Source: PVC group bacterium (lineage in GTDB: Bacteria > Verrucomicrobiota > Kiritimatiellia > CAIKKV01 > CAITUY01). From it: a stretch of 64,000 bases of DNA. The notes beneath the pieces were generated by a model. It was not told where the DNA came from. It made no database searches and worked only from the letters and a program-made list of their open reading frames with translations. The stretch's first letter is position 1. The number at the start of each line of letters is the position of its first letter. Below, piece after piece: positions 35,918 to 44,666 of this stretch. The DNA lies in assembly GCA_945890715.1 (NCBI GenBank), contig CAMDCX010000006.1, positions 3,497 to 67,496 of the forward strand, given 5' to 3'. Made by a program: the position numbers and the translations under genes.

Positions 35918-37000
35918 TTATCGCTCCGTACAGCTGATGCAGGGGTCAATACAAATGGCAATCACCGGGACATCCGCCAGCTCGCAGCCTGTCAGCTGGT
36001 GTAGCAGGGCAGGGAGATTGGCGAAAGTCGGGGTTCGGACCCGGAACCGTTCCAGATTTCGTGTTCCGTTTCCGCGAATGTAGAAGTTCAGTTCGCCGCG
36101 CGGCTGTTCGATCCGGGCGAGAACCTCATCGGCGGGGGGGCTTCCCTTGACCGCGACTGAGATCGGCCCCTGGGGCATGCGCTTGAGGGCGGTGCGGATC
36201 AGGTCGAGCGAGGTGTAGAGCTCCTTCACTCGAACCATGGTCCGGTCGTAACAGTCGCCTGCTTCCCCGACAACCATCTTGAAGTCGAGATCGCCGTAGG
36301 CGGCATAACCCGTCTCGCGAAGATCCATTCTAAGTCCGCTGGCACGCGCCACCGGACCCACCGCGCCCAGTTCGTGAGCCTTATCCTTCGGAAGGACGCC
36401 GACGCCAACCAGACGCTGTTTGACGCTGTAGTCCTTGAGCAGGGAATCCATCAGCTCGGGTAGTTGTTTCTCGACTGAATCCAGTTCGCGCAGGACATAC
36501 TCACCCAGTTCAGGGGTAATGTCGCGCTTGACGCCCCCGATGGCGCAGACGCCGAGAATGACGCGTGCCCCCGTTGTTTTTTCCATGATATTGAGGATCT
36601 GTTCACGTACCTTCCAGAGGCGCATAAACAGGTTCTCAAACCCGAAGGCATCGGCCAGCAGGCCGAGGATAAGCAAATGACTGTGAATACGATGCGTTTC
36701 GGCCCAGATCACGCGCAGGTACTTGGCGCGGTCGGGAATCTGAACCTTCATCAATTCCTCAATACCCTGACAGTAGTTCTGGGAATGCATGAAACTGCAG
36801 ATCCCGCAAATACGCTCCGCCAGGTAGACATCCTGGATGAAGTCCTTTTTCTCGGCGATCTTTTCGAGTCCACGGTGGACATAGCCGACCGCCGGGAGCG
36901 CCTGGATGATTTTTTCGTTTTCCATCACCAGGTGGAGCTGAATGGGCTCCGGCAGAACCGGGTGCTGGGGACCAAAGGGAATGGTATTGCGACGAATCAT
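35918..37000 (-). CDS. echE: Ech hydrogenase large [NiFe] subunit (NuoD-like)
   Basis: N-terminal Ni-ligand motif RICGICSFMH and C-terminal DPCISCTER, followed directly by the stop codon. Confidence 0.85.
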   Translation of the reverse strand: MIRRNTIPFGPQHPVLPEPIQLHLVMENEKIIQALPAVGYVHRGLEKIAEKKDFIQDVYLAERICGICSFMHSQNYCQGIEELMKVQIPDRAKYLRVIWAETHRIHSHLLILGLLADAFGFENLFMRLWKVREQILNIMEKTTGARVILGVCAIGGVKRDITPELGEYVLRELDSVEKQLPELMDSLLKDYSVKQRLVGVGVLPKDKAHELGAVGPVARASGLRMDLRETGYAAYGDLDFKMVVGEAGDCYDRTMVRVKELYTSLDLIRTALKRMPQGPISVAVKGSPPADEVLARIEQPRGELNFYIRGNGTRNLERFRVRTPTFANLPALLHQLTGCELADVPVIAICIDPCISCTER

Positions 37001-37407
37001 GATTTCACCGTTCCTTCCGGGGTGGCGGGAGTCTTATCCTGAATTTGGATGCCGATTCCGGGAATCGATTTGTTCAGCGGCGTTACTGGTGCACCCTCGG
37101 CAAGCATGAAGCGCCCCTGAAAATCAATGGCCATTCCGCTGACCGATACGCCCATGAGGTCCTTCATCTCATTCTCCACCAGAAGCGCGGCAAAGAAAAT
37201 GGCCGAGACACTCGGAAGCTCCGTACCTTTGGGAAGGGTCACGCGAAGGTGCTTCAACTGATAGTTTTTGTCGAAATGATAGAGGATGTCGTGGGATTCG
37301 CCCCGATCGCAGCACGTCATGGTCACAAACCTGTAACCGTCCTGCTTCAACTTCCACACTTCGGTCGAAATATGATCAAGGGCTGTTTCTGAAACATTAT
37401 TAAGCAT
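36997..37407 (-). CDS. echD: Ech hydrogenase subunit D (NuoC-like)
   Basis: Short NuoC-like protein placed between the small and large subunits. Translationally coupled on both sides by overlaps. Confidence 0.7.
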   Translation of the reverse strand: MLNNVSETALDHISTEVWKLKQDGYRFVTMTCCDRGESHDILYHFDKNYQLKHLRVTLPKGTELPSVSAIFFAALLVENEMKDLMGVSVSGMAIDFQGRFMLAEGAPVTPLNKSIPGIGIQIQDKTPATPEGTVKS

Positions 37408-37918
37408 GGGAAGCGCCTTTCTCCTGCGCGGCAGGGGCAGCGACGGGGGTGGGGGTGCGGGTGATTACATTTTTTTCAGCCAGCGGTGTTTTCCCGCTGT
37501 GTTTGGCCTCAAGGATCTGGGCACCCTTGAGAACACCGTCAATCATGGCTTCAGGGCGGGCCGGGCAACCGGGAACAAAAACATCCACGGGAATCACCTT
37601 GTCCACGCCGCCCAGCACATTGTAGCCATCAGCGAAAATACCACCCGTCGAGGCGCAAACCCCCATCGCCACGACCACCTTGGGCTCGGGCATCTGGTCA
37701 TACACGTTTTTCAGCACACGCGAATTCCGGTGATTCACCGAGCCGGTGACCACGAGAACATCGGCGTGCTTGGGATTCCCGACATGCAGAATGCCAAAAC
37801 GCTCAAGGTCGTAAAGCGGAGTCAAGCAGGCGAGAAACTCAATATCGCACCCATTGCAGCTGTTGCAATTGAAGTGAACCACCCAGGGTGACTTGTTGAA
37901 TTTTGGAACGTCGGTCAT
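37400..37918 (-). CDS. echC: Ech hydrogenase small subunit (NuoB-like, proximal [4Fe-4S])
   Basis: CNSCNGC, GVCASTGG and VPGCPARPE cysteine motifs of NuoB/EchC. Confidence 0.85.
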   Translation of the reverse strand: MTDVPKFNKSPWVVHFNCNSCNGCDIEFLACLTPLYDLERFGILHVGNPKHADVLVVTGSVNHRNSRVLKNVYDQMPEPKVVVAMGVCASTGGIFADGYNVLGGVDKVIPVDVFVPGCPARPEAMIDGVLKGAQILEAKHSGKTPLAEKNVITRTPTPVAAPAAQEKGASHA

Positions 37919-37930
37919 GGTTGGCCTTTC

Positions 37931-38797
37931 TTACTTTGAAGCCCAATAAAGCCAGAGAACATTGGTTACGGCGAGGATTAGTGCCCCGGTCCACATGAAC
38001 TTGAAAATCCACATGGAGGTTAAGCGGGCAAATGCATTGTCCACCACAGTCATCAGGAAAAAGCTCAGGCTGGCCAGAATGATCCCGACCCAGACGGGGG
38101 ATGACCAGAAGAGCACAATAAAGAAAAACAACAGTGCCATTTCATAGAAGTGCGCAATCTCCAGGATCGCCAGGTACGGCCCCGAATACTCGATGGTCAA
38201 ACCCTTCACAATTTCCTGATGGGCATGGTGGGATGTGGCAATGTCAAAAGGCGATTTTTGCATCTTGATGGCCAGAACCACAAGGAACCCGATGAAAAGG
38301 AGCGGGAGCGAGAGTAGCATCGGCTTGGCCGCTGTCATCGGGGCCGACAGCATGAAGCTGTGGCCGTTGACCAGATAGAAACCGATCATGAGAAGAATGA
38401 GAATCGGCTCATAGGCCACCATCAGCATGATTTCCCGCTGACTGCCAATCCGGCTATAGGGGGACCGCACGCACATTCCGCCCAGAACCAGTGACAGCGT
38501 GGAGAAGGCAAACACAAAGAGGAACATCAGGCTGTCCTGCCCAAAGACCAATAACAACATGGCCAGGATCATGAAGGCCAGATGGAGATAGGCGTATACG
38601 ATCTGGACGCGATTGAGTAGCATCGGCTCCTTGCGGAGCAACTTGATGGTGTCATAGACCGCTTGGAGAATCGGCGGCCCGATTCGACCCTGGGCGCGGG
38701 CGGTAATGCGGCGGTCAATCCCGCACAGCAGGGCGCCAAACAGGGGTGCCAGGATAACCAGAAGAACAACCATCAACGGGGTTTGAGGAATGATCAT
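37931..38797 (-). CDS. echB: Ech hydrogenase membrane subunit B (NuoH/HycD-like)
   Basis: Polytopic membrane protein with GRIGPP near the N-terminus, as in NuoH/HycD. Confidence 0.8.
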   Translation of the reverse strand: MIIPQTPLMVVLLVILAPLFGALLCGIDRRITARAQGRIGPPILQAVYDTIKLLRKEPMLLNRVQIVYAYLHLAFMILAMLLLVFGQDSLMFLFVFAFSTLSLVLGGMCVRSPYSRIGSQREIMLMVAYEPILILLMIGFYLVNGHSFMLSAPMTAAKPMLLSLPLLFIGFLVVLAIKMQKSPFDIATSHHAHQEIVKGLTIEYSGPYLAILEIAHFYEMALLFFFIVLFWSSPVWVGIILASLSFFLMTVVDNAFARLTSMWIFKFMWTGALILAVTNVLWLYWASK

Positions 38798-40707
38798 ATG
38801 AAGAGTACTCCCAAAAGGCTCAGAATAATCAATGCCGCCAACGGATTCGCCCAGGTGGTGATCCGGGACTCACCAAAGAGAGGAAGGTAATAACTCGTAA
38901 GCATGGCGGTTGAGGGGGCATCGGCAATGCTTCGGAACGTATAGGTGGTTTCATCGGAATCCACGTTCTCGCCACACAGGTAGGGAAGGCGCAAACGGGA
39001 CGGCTTGAAAAGCAAAGTGCCCGTTGCCAGGGCCATGATAATGGCGCCGATCACAATGATCATGGGCCACCCCAGAAAGGCACTCACCGAATCCAGAATG
39101 GAAATATTGGCGTTCGAGGCCTGTTCGCTGAAGGTCAACAGGCTGATCGGCCGGATAACCTGTTCATAAATCGGCAGCGCACAGATTGAGGCGACCACCA
39201 CGCCGATCCCGATCACGGCCAGGACGGTCCTCATCCAGGGACTGATGGATTCGATCGTGTACTTTTCATGGTAGGATGTCGTCGTGATGCGGCCCAGCCA
39301 CTTGGCCCAGAAGAAAATCGTGAGCGCGCTGCCCAGCACCAGGAGAATTAGCACAATCGGAAAATGAACGGCGGATTCAATGGCCATCCATTTACCGATC
39401 AGCATCCCGAAGGGCGGCATCATCATGGAGATCATGCCGACGATGGCAATGTTGGTCGTCAGAGGCATCTTAAACAGCAGTCCGCCCATATCCTCAATAT
39501 CGCGGCTTCCGATGCTTTGCTCAATGGTTCCCACGCACAGGAAAAGCAACGCCTTTGAAATGGCGTGGAAGATCAGGATCGTGATTCCTGCGGCGTAGGC
39601 GAGGGGGGTTCCGATGGCGGCGCAGCAGGATATCAGGCCCAAGTTGGCAATCGTGGAGTAGGCCAGCACCTTTTTGCCATTACTTTGCCCAATGGCCAGC
39701 GCACTGGTCAGGGCGAAGGTGAATGCGCCTGCAATGGCCACCACCGCCGCCAGGGGGGTTCCCTCGAGCCCCGGCGACATCCGGAGAATCAGGTAGGAAC
39801 CGGCTTTCACCATGGTGCTTGAGTGCAGAAGGGCGGAGACCGGAGTAGGGGCGACCATGGCGCCAAGCAACCAGCTTTGAAAGGGCATTTGAGCCGACTT
39901 GGTCATGGTGGCTATCGCCAGCAGGGCGATGGGGAGGAGAACTACGGGCCCTTTTGACATCACCACGGAAAGGCTTTCAGATTCGGCATTGTGCGCCGCC
40001 AGGAAAACGCCAACCGACATGGCCAGACCGCCGAACACATTGATGGTAATGGCGCGCCGGGCGCTTGCTTTCGCCTCTGGAGTCCCGTCATGCCCGATCA
40101 AAAAGAACGAGCAGAGGGTGGTGCCTTCCCAGAAAATCGACAACCATTTCATGTTGTCTACCAGAACCAGTCCGTTCATCAGACCCAAAAAAGAGATCAG
40201 AACGAAGAAGAAACGGTTATTTGAGGCCGCTGTGGCAGGTGCGTGGTGTTCGTGCCCATTCATGTAGCCGATGGCGTACAGGGCGATCAGGCTCCCGATC
40301 ACCGAAACGATGAGAACCATAATCATGGCGAGGGAATCCACCACCAGCTTGGTTTCCTCAACCGGCTCATGGCGACTCATCAATAATCCGGCCACGCACA
40401 GTCCCAACTGTATCAGGGCCATAATACGAACCGGCCAGCTGCGGATTGAAAATCCGATGACGAGAACTGTCAGGATGACCATGGGCTCAATCCAATTCCC
40501 CAAGGTCGTGATGAGGGTCGGCAGTCCGACATCGGGAGCAATCGCCCCGCTATAGAAGGGAAGGGCCACTCCCGCTCCGATGGTAGTCACCCCGGCCACG
40601 GCAACCAGGGCATTCCTGAGTACTCCCTTGACTCCGGTTAACATCAAAAGCCCGAAAACCAAAGGGCCTAAAACCAGCAAGGCGATTAACGCTTCTTGTA
40701 TCTGCAT
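38794..40707 (-). CDS. echA: Ech hydrogenase membrane subunit A (NuoL/HycC antiporter-like)
   Basis: About 637 aa with many TM segments and antiporter-like core motifs (WEGTTLCSF, LLHSSTMVKAG). Start set at ATG 40707 (MQIQEAL) with AGGGAG upstream. Confidence 0.8.
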   Translation of the reverse strand: MQIQEALIALLVLGPLVFGLLMLTGVKGVLRNALVAVAGVTTIGAGVALPFYSGAIAPDVGLPTLITTLGNWIEPMVILTVLVIGFSIRSWPVRIMALIQLGLCVAGLLMSRHEPVEETKLVVDSLAMIMVLIVSVIGSLIALYAIGYMNGHEHHAPATAASNNRFFFVLISFLGLMNGLVLVDNMKWLSIFWEGTTLCSFFLIGHDGTPEAKASARRAITINVFGGLAMSVGVFLAAHNAESESLSVVMSKGPVVLLPIALLAIATMTKSAQMPFQSWLLGAMVAPTPVSALLHSSTMVKAGSYLILRMSPGLEGTPLAAVVAIAGAFTFALTSALAIGQSNGKKVLAYSTIANLGLISCCAAIGTPLAYAAGITILIFHAISKALLFLCVGTIEQSIGSRDIEDMGGLLFKMPLTTNIAIVGMISMMMPPFGMLIGKWMAIESAVHFPIVLILLVLGSALTIFFWAKWLGRITTTSYHEKYTIESISPWMRTVLAVIGIGVVVASICALPIYEQVIRPISLLTFSEQASNANISILDSVSAFLGWPMIIVIGAIIMALATGTLLFKPSRLRLPYLCGENVDSDETTYTFRSIADAPSTAMLTSYYLPLFGESRITTWANPLAALIILSLLGVLFI

Positions 40708-40730
40708 AACAGTCGCACTCCCTAATCTGG

Positions 40731-40775
40731 ACAAAAAACTGCCCGCTTGTCAGATCCTTGTCGGATCAAAGCGGG
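40731..40775 (-). terminator. intrinsic-terminator-like hairpin plus U-tract inside the ech leader
   Basis: On the minus strand: CCCGCTT..GATCC-GACAA-GGATC..AAGCGGG, then CAGTTTTTTGT. The outer stem is 40742-40748 with 40769-40775. The U-tract ends 24 nt before the echA ATG. Confidence 0.45.
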
Positions 40776-40818
40776 ACGGTAGCACGTCCGGAGAACCTCC
40801 GGTCAAAAAACGGCGCAC

Positions 40819-40847
40819 ACTATGTCGCGTTCGATGGGGGAAGTCAA
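40819..40847 (-). promoter_or_regulatory. sigma70-like promoter candidate for the ech operon
   Basis: Minus strand TTGACT (40842-40847), a 17-nt spacer, then CATAGT (40819-40824). Confidence 0.3.
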
Positions 40848-40874
40848 CACTCAAGTATGCTTCTTAAAAATCAC

Positions 40875-42095
40875 TCAGTCCAGGACATGGGTAAACAGTC
40901 CATCCCTGAGTTTGGGCTCGAACCAGGTGCTCTTGGGTGGCATGATGCCGCCGACATCGGCAATATCCATAAGTTGTTCCACAATCGTCGGATGCATGGA
41001 GAAGGCGACCTGATGATCGCCTGAGGCCACCCGCTTCTCGAGCTCGGCGGTTCCGCGGATCCCGCCCACGAATTCAATGCGTTTGCTCGTGCGCGGATCA
41101 TCTATTCCAAGCAGGGGAGCCAGCAGGCGTTCCTGCAATACGGCTACATCCAGCCGCCCTTCCGGTCGCGTGTCGGCGGGAATGGTCCAGATGAGCTCAT
41201 GCCATGTTCCACCCAGAAGCATGCACATCCTTCCCGGCGCCGATGGGGTGGGGGAGGTTGCCGGGGTAACTGTAAAACGGGCTCTGACGGCATCCATGAA
41301 CCCCTCTGGTGTAAGCCCATTGAGATCCTTGACCAGGCGGTTGTAGGCCAGAATTTGCATCTGACTAGCCGGGAACAGGACGCCCAGGAACCAGTTATAA
41401 GATTCGTCGCCAGTCTGACCGGGGTTTAAAGCGCGTCGTTCCCGGGCAACGCGGACGGCAGAGGCGGCCCGATGATGCCCGTCGGCAATATAGGCAACGG
41501 GAACATTGACAAAAGCGTGGGTCACCGTATCCGGATTCTGGAACTTCCATCCGGCATGGGCGATGCCATCGGCAGCAACGAAGTCGAATACAGGTGTCTT
41601 TTTTTCAGTTTCGGCGACCAGCGCATTCAAGGCGGCATCGTCACGATAAAGCAGAAACACCGGCCCGCTCTGGGCGTTCAGGGTGTTGATATGGCGAGTG
41701 CGATCATCTTCCTTGTCCTGCCGTGTATTTTCATGGATTTTGATGATTTTTTTTTCATAGTCCACGGTGGAACAGCACGCCACGATTCCGCGCTGCACAT
41801 GACGTCCCATAGTCTGGCGGTAAAGGAACAGTTGCGGGGCGGATTCCTGTTGAAGCACCCCTTCCTTTTGAAATCGGTTCAACGTGTCGCGGCCCCGTCC
41901 GTAAACGGTATCGGAATACGGGTTGATTCCCGGATCCATGTCGATTTCGGCACGGGAAACATGAAGGAAACTATACGGATTCCCGGCCGCCAGGGCACGC
42001 GCCTCGGCGGTATCCACCACATCATAGGGAACGGCTGCCACTTGTGAAGCCAGATCGGGTCGGGCACACCATGCTTTAAACGCTTTGATTTTCAT
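40875..42095 (-). CDS. DUF1015-family protein
   Basis: VPYDVV near the N-terminus, IADGHHR motif, and a length of about 400 aa typical of DUF1015. Confidence 0.8.
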   Translation of the reverse strand: MKIKAFKAWCARPDLASQVAAVPYDVVDTAEARALAAGNPYSFLHVSRAEIDMDPGINPYSDTVYGRGRDTLNRFQKEGVLQQESAPQLFLYRQTMGRHVQRGIVACCSTVDYEKKIIKIHENTRQDKEDDRTRHINTLNAQSGPVFLLYRDDAALNALVAETEKKTPVFDFVAADGIAHAGWKFQNPDTVTHAFVNVPVAYIADGHHRAASAVRVARERRALNPGQTGDESYNWFLGVLFPASQMQILAYNRLVKDLNGLTPEGFMDAVRARFTVTPATSPTPSAPGRMCMLLGGTWHELIWTIPADTRPEGRLDVAVLQERLLAPLLGIDDPRTSKRIEFVGGIRGTAELEKRVASGDHQVAFSMHPTIVEQLMDIADVGGIMPPKSTWFEPKLRDGLFTHVLD

Positions 42096-42137
42096 TATTT
42101 CTCTCCACAGCTTGGGGTTGTCTACGAAACGGAATTG

Positions 42138-44183
42138 TCATCCCTCCCTCACGAGCAGATCAGGATGGGGAACAGCCGGATCCTCGCAGAGTTTACGCGG
42201 CGTCTTTCCGGTAAACAGGCGGATCCACAGATGAAGGCTTGCTCCGACGATCAGCAATACGAGAATCATGAAGGTTGCGGTGACGGCAATGTCCACCTGA
42301 TTGTTGAATATTTGGGCAGCCAGTTTATGGGCCTCTGCGGATGAAGCCCCGGCAAGTTGAACCCGTAATGTTGCGATGGCGGGAAGGAAGCCCCCTGCAT
42401 CCGGGTAAAAAATCTTCTGCCAACCCGCTGTCATGGTGACAACCAAAAGGAAAAGCAAGGGGATCAGGGTCACCCAGATATACCGGTCCCGGTTCATTTT
42501 GATCAGAATGGTGGTGCCCAAAGCCAGTGAAATCACGGCGAGCAACTGATTGGCGATGCCGAAAATGGGCCAGAGACTATTGATTCCTCCGTAGGGGTCC
42601 ACGACGCCCTGATAGAGGAACCAGCCCCAGGCTCCGACAAAGAGGGAACTGGCCAGAAGGTTCGCCGAGGTGGATGAGGTATTCCCGAGTGGCTTCCAGA
42701 GATTGCCGAGAACATCCTGCAATAGAAACCGGCCGACCCGCGTTCCGGCGTCGATGGTGGTCAGGATAAACAACGCCTCAAACATGATGGCAAAGTGATA
42801 CCATAACCCCATCATGGCTTTGCTGCCCAGCGCATCACTGAACATCTTCGCCATGCCCACGGCAAACGTGGGTGCGCCGCCTGTCCGGCCAAACAGGGTT
42901 TTCTCTCCGACGTCTTGAGCCAGTTGAGTCATCGCGCCTTCGGTTAGCGGGAAACCCGCCGTTGTAACCTTTGCGACCACTGCGGCAGGCTCGCCCTTCA
43001 TATTAATGGCAAAGTACTGACCTGGCTCCATCGCGCAGGCGGCAATCAGAGCCATAACCCCCACGGCCATTTCCGTGATCATGGCTCCATAGGCAACAGA
43101 CCGTACGGTGGATTCATGGGTAGCCAACTTCGGGGTGGTTCCGGTAGAGATCAGTGCGTGAAAGCCGGAAATGGCTCCGCAGGCGATGGTTATAAACACA
43201 AAAGGAAAAAGTTTGCCGGGAATGACCAGTCCGTTGCCATGGATAAAGGCGGTGAACTTTGGCATGTGGATCTGGGGCGCCGCCCAAATGATGGCCACCA
43301 TCAGAATGATCACGGTTCCAATTTTCATGAACGCGCTTAGATAATCACGGGGTGCCAGGAGCAGCCACACGGGCAGGATGGATGCCAATAAGCCGTACCC
43401 AATAATGGCCCACGCCAACCAGGGGGCAGAGCGGGTGAACCAGACTGACCAGATCGAGGAATGATGCACATATTGACCGCCCCAAACGGCAAGTAATAAG
43501 AGGACAACCCCGATAATCGAAACCTCGATAACTCGACCCGGGCGCAAAATCCGGAGGTAAACCCCCATGAAAAGGGCAATGGGAATGGTTGCCGCCACGG
43601 TGAAGAGCCCCCACGGGCTTTCGGCAAGTGCCTTGACCACCACGAGCCCGAGCACGGCGATGAGAATCACCATAATGCAAAGGATTCCGAAAAGGGCGAT
43701 GCTGCCCGCAAAGGTTCCCACTTCCTCCTTGACCATCTGTCCCAATGATTTTCCGCCGCGCCTCATGGAACAGAACAGCGCCACGGCGTCGTGTACGCCG
43801 CCAGCGAGAGTGCCTCCGATGAGGATCCAGAGTGTTCCTGGAAGGTAGCCGAATTGAGAGGCCAACACGGGGCCTACCAAAGGGCCTGGTCCGGCAATGG
43901 CCGCGAAGTGATGCCCGAACACGATCCATCGGTTGGTGGGAACGTAATCCTTTCCGTCTTCTTTGGTGTAGGCTGGCGTAGCGCGTTGATCATCAAGCGT
44001 CAATACCTTGGCGGCCAGCCATTTGCTGTAAAAACGGTAACTGATCATGAAGAAGGAGATTGTAGCGGTCACGAACCAGAGCGCGCTGATGGATTCGCCC
44101 CGGTGGAATGCAAGAATCGCCAGAGACCCTGCCCCAAGAAGAGAGAAGAAAATCCAGAAGAGGATGGTTCGTGCCTTTTTCAT
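42138..44183 (-). CDS. cstA: carbon starvation protein A (peptide/pyruvate transporter family)
   Basis: FGHHFAAIAGPGPLVGPVLA and overall CstA-like polytopic architecture. 681 aa. Confidence 0.9.
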   Translation of the reverse strand: MKKARTILFWIFFSLLGAGSLAILAFHRGESISALWFVTATISFFMISYRFYSKWLAAKVLTLDDQRATPAYTKEDGKDYVPTNRWIVFGHHFAAIAGPGPLVGPVLASQFGYLPGTLWILIGGTLAGGVHDAVALFCSMRRGGKSLGQMVKEEVGTFAGSIALFGILCIMVILIAVLGLVVVKALAESPWGLFTVAATIPIALFMGVYLRILRPGRVIEVSIIGVVLLLLAVWGGQYVHHSSIWSVWFTRSAPWLAWAIIGYGLLASILPVWLLLAPRDYLSAFMKIGTVIILMVAIIWAAPQIHMPKFTAFIHGNGLVIPGKLFPFVFITIACGAISGFHALISTGTTPKLATHESTVRSVAYGAMITEMAVGVMALIAACAMEPGQYFAINMKGEPAAVVAKVTTAGFPLTEGAMTQLAQDVGEKTLFGRTGGAPTFAVGMAKMFSDALGSKAMMGLWYHFAIMFEALFILTTIDAGTRVGRFLLQDVLGNLWKPLGNTSSTSANLLASSLFVGAWGWFLYQGVVDPYGGINSLWPIFGIANQLLAVISLALGTTILIKMNRDRYIWVTLIPLLFLLVVTMTAGWQKIFYPDAGGFLPAIATLRVQLAGASSAEAHKLAAQIFNNQVDIAVTATFMILVLLIVGASLHLWIRLFTGKTPRKLCEDPAVPHPDLLVREG

Positions 44184-44242
44184 GGGAGGGGAAATTGCCC
44201 CGAGAAGGAGTGTTAGTCAAGCTTAACAACAATTTGCATCAC

Positions 44243-44272
44243 TTGACGCGGAGACGGGAAAAGGGATATTAT
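44243..44272 (+). promoter_or_regulatory. sigma70-like promoter candidate in an unassigned region
   Basis: TTGACG (44243-44248), an 18-nt spacer, then TATTAT (44267-44272). Confidence 0.3.
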
Positions 44273-44305
44273 GATGCTGGTAGGAAGCGAATAAGGCGGT
44301 TGAAG

Positions 44306-44542
44306 ATGGTTTACTCAGAAATAGCGACTATGATGGTGTTACTTCTGACCCTTTTCATGGGGGCAGGGGTGGCATTTTTAAAATGGTGGATGGAGTTGGA
44401 CGGATCACGGCTTGATGATGGATATCAGCCGATTCAAAAATGCTGTTCTTTGGCAACCAGGGGCGCTTCCATTGGTGTGGATTCATTGCCCTGCCTTGTT
44501 CGTGTACGGGCTGGAAATCTCTTACCCGATAGTTTGGAATAA
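44306..44542 (+). CDS. possible small membrane protein (78 aa)
   Basis: The ATG lies about 30 nt downstream of the promoter-like site. N-terminal hydrophobic helix (EIATMMVLLLTLFMGAGVAFL). Third-codon positions are much more A/T-rich than in neighbouring genes, so coding status is doubtful. Confidence 0.25.
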   Translation: MVYSEIATMMVLLLTLFMGAGVAFLKWWMELDGSRLDDGYQPIQKCCSLATRGASIGVDSLPCLVRVRAGNLLPDSLE

Positions 44543-44666
44543 GGGAACTTGAATACTGCGGTACCCGCATGCCCGTTCATTCGGGACTCGGAACCCGTGA
44601 GATAAAGTTCCCACCTCATTCGTGAGGTTAAGAGATCGTGCTCCTGCGGCAAGGTGGGGTTTTTTT

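Noticed and set aside
44184-44666. tmRNA, SRP RNA or tRNA in the large gap upstream of rarA.
   Set aside because: I could find no tRNA-like 3' end (GGTTCGAnTCC...CCA), no SRP domain IV motif, and no cloverleaf with a T-loop. The region is kept as an open finding rather than a call.
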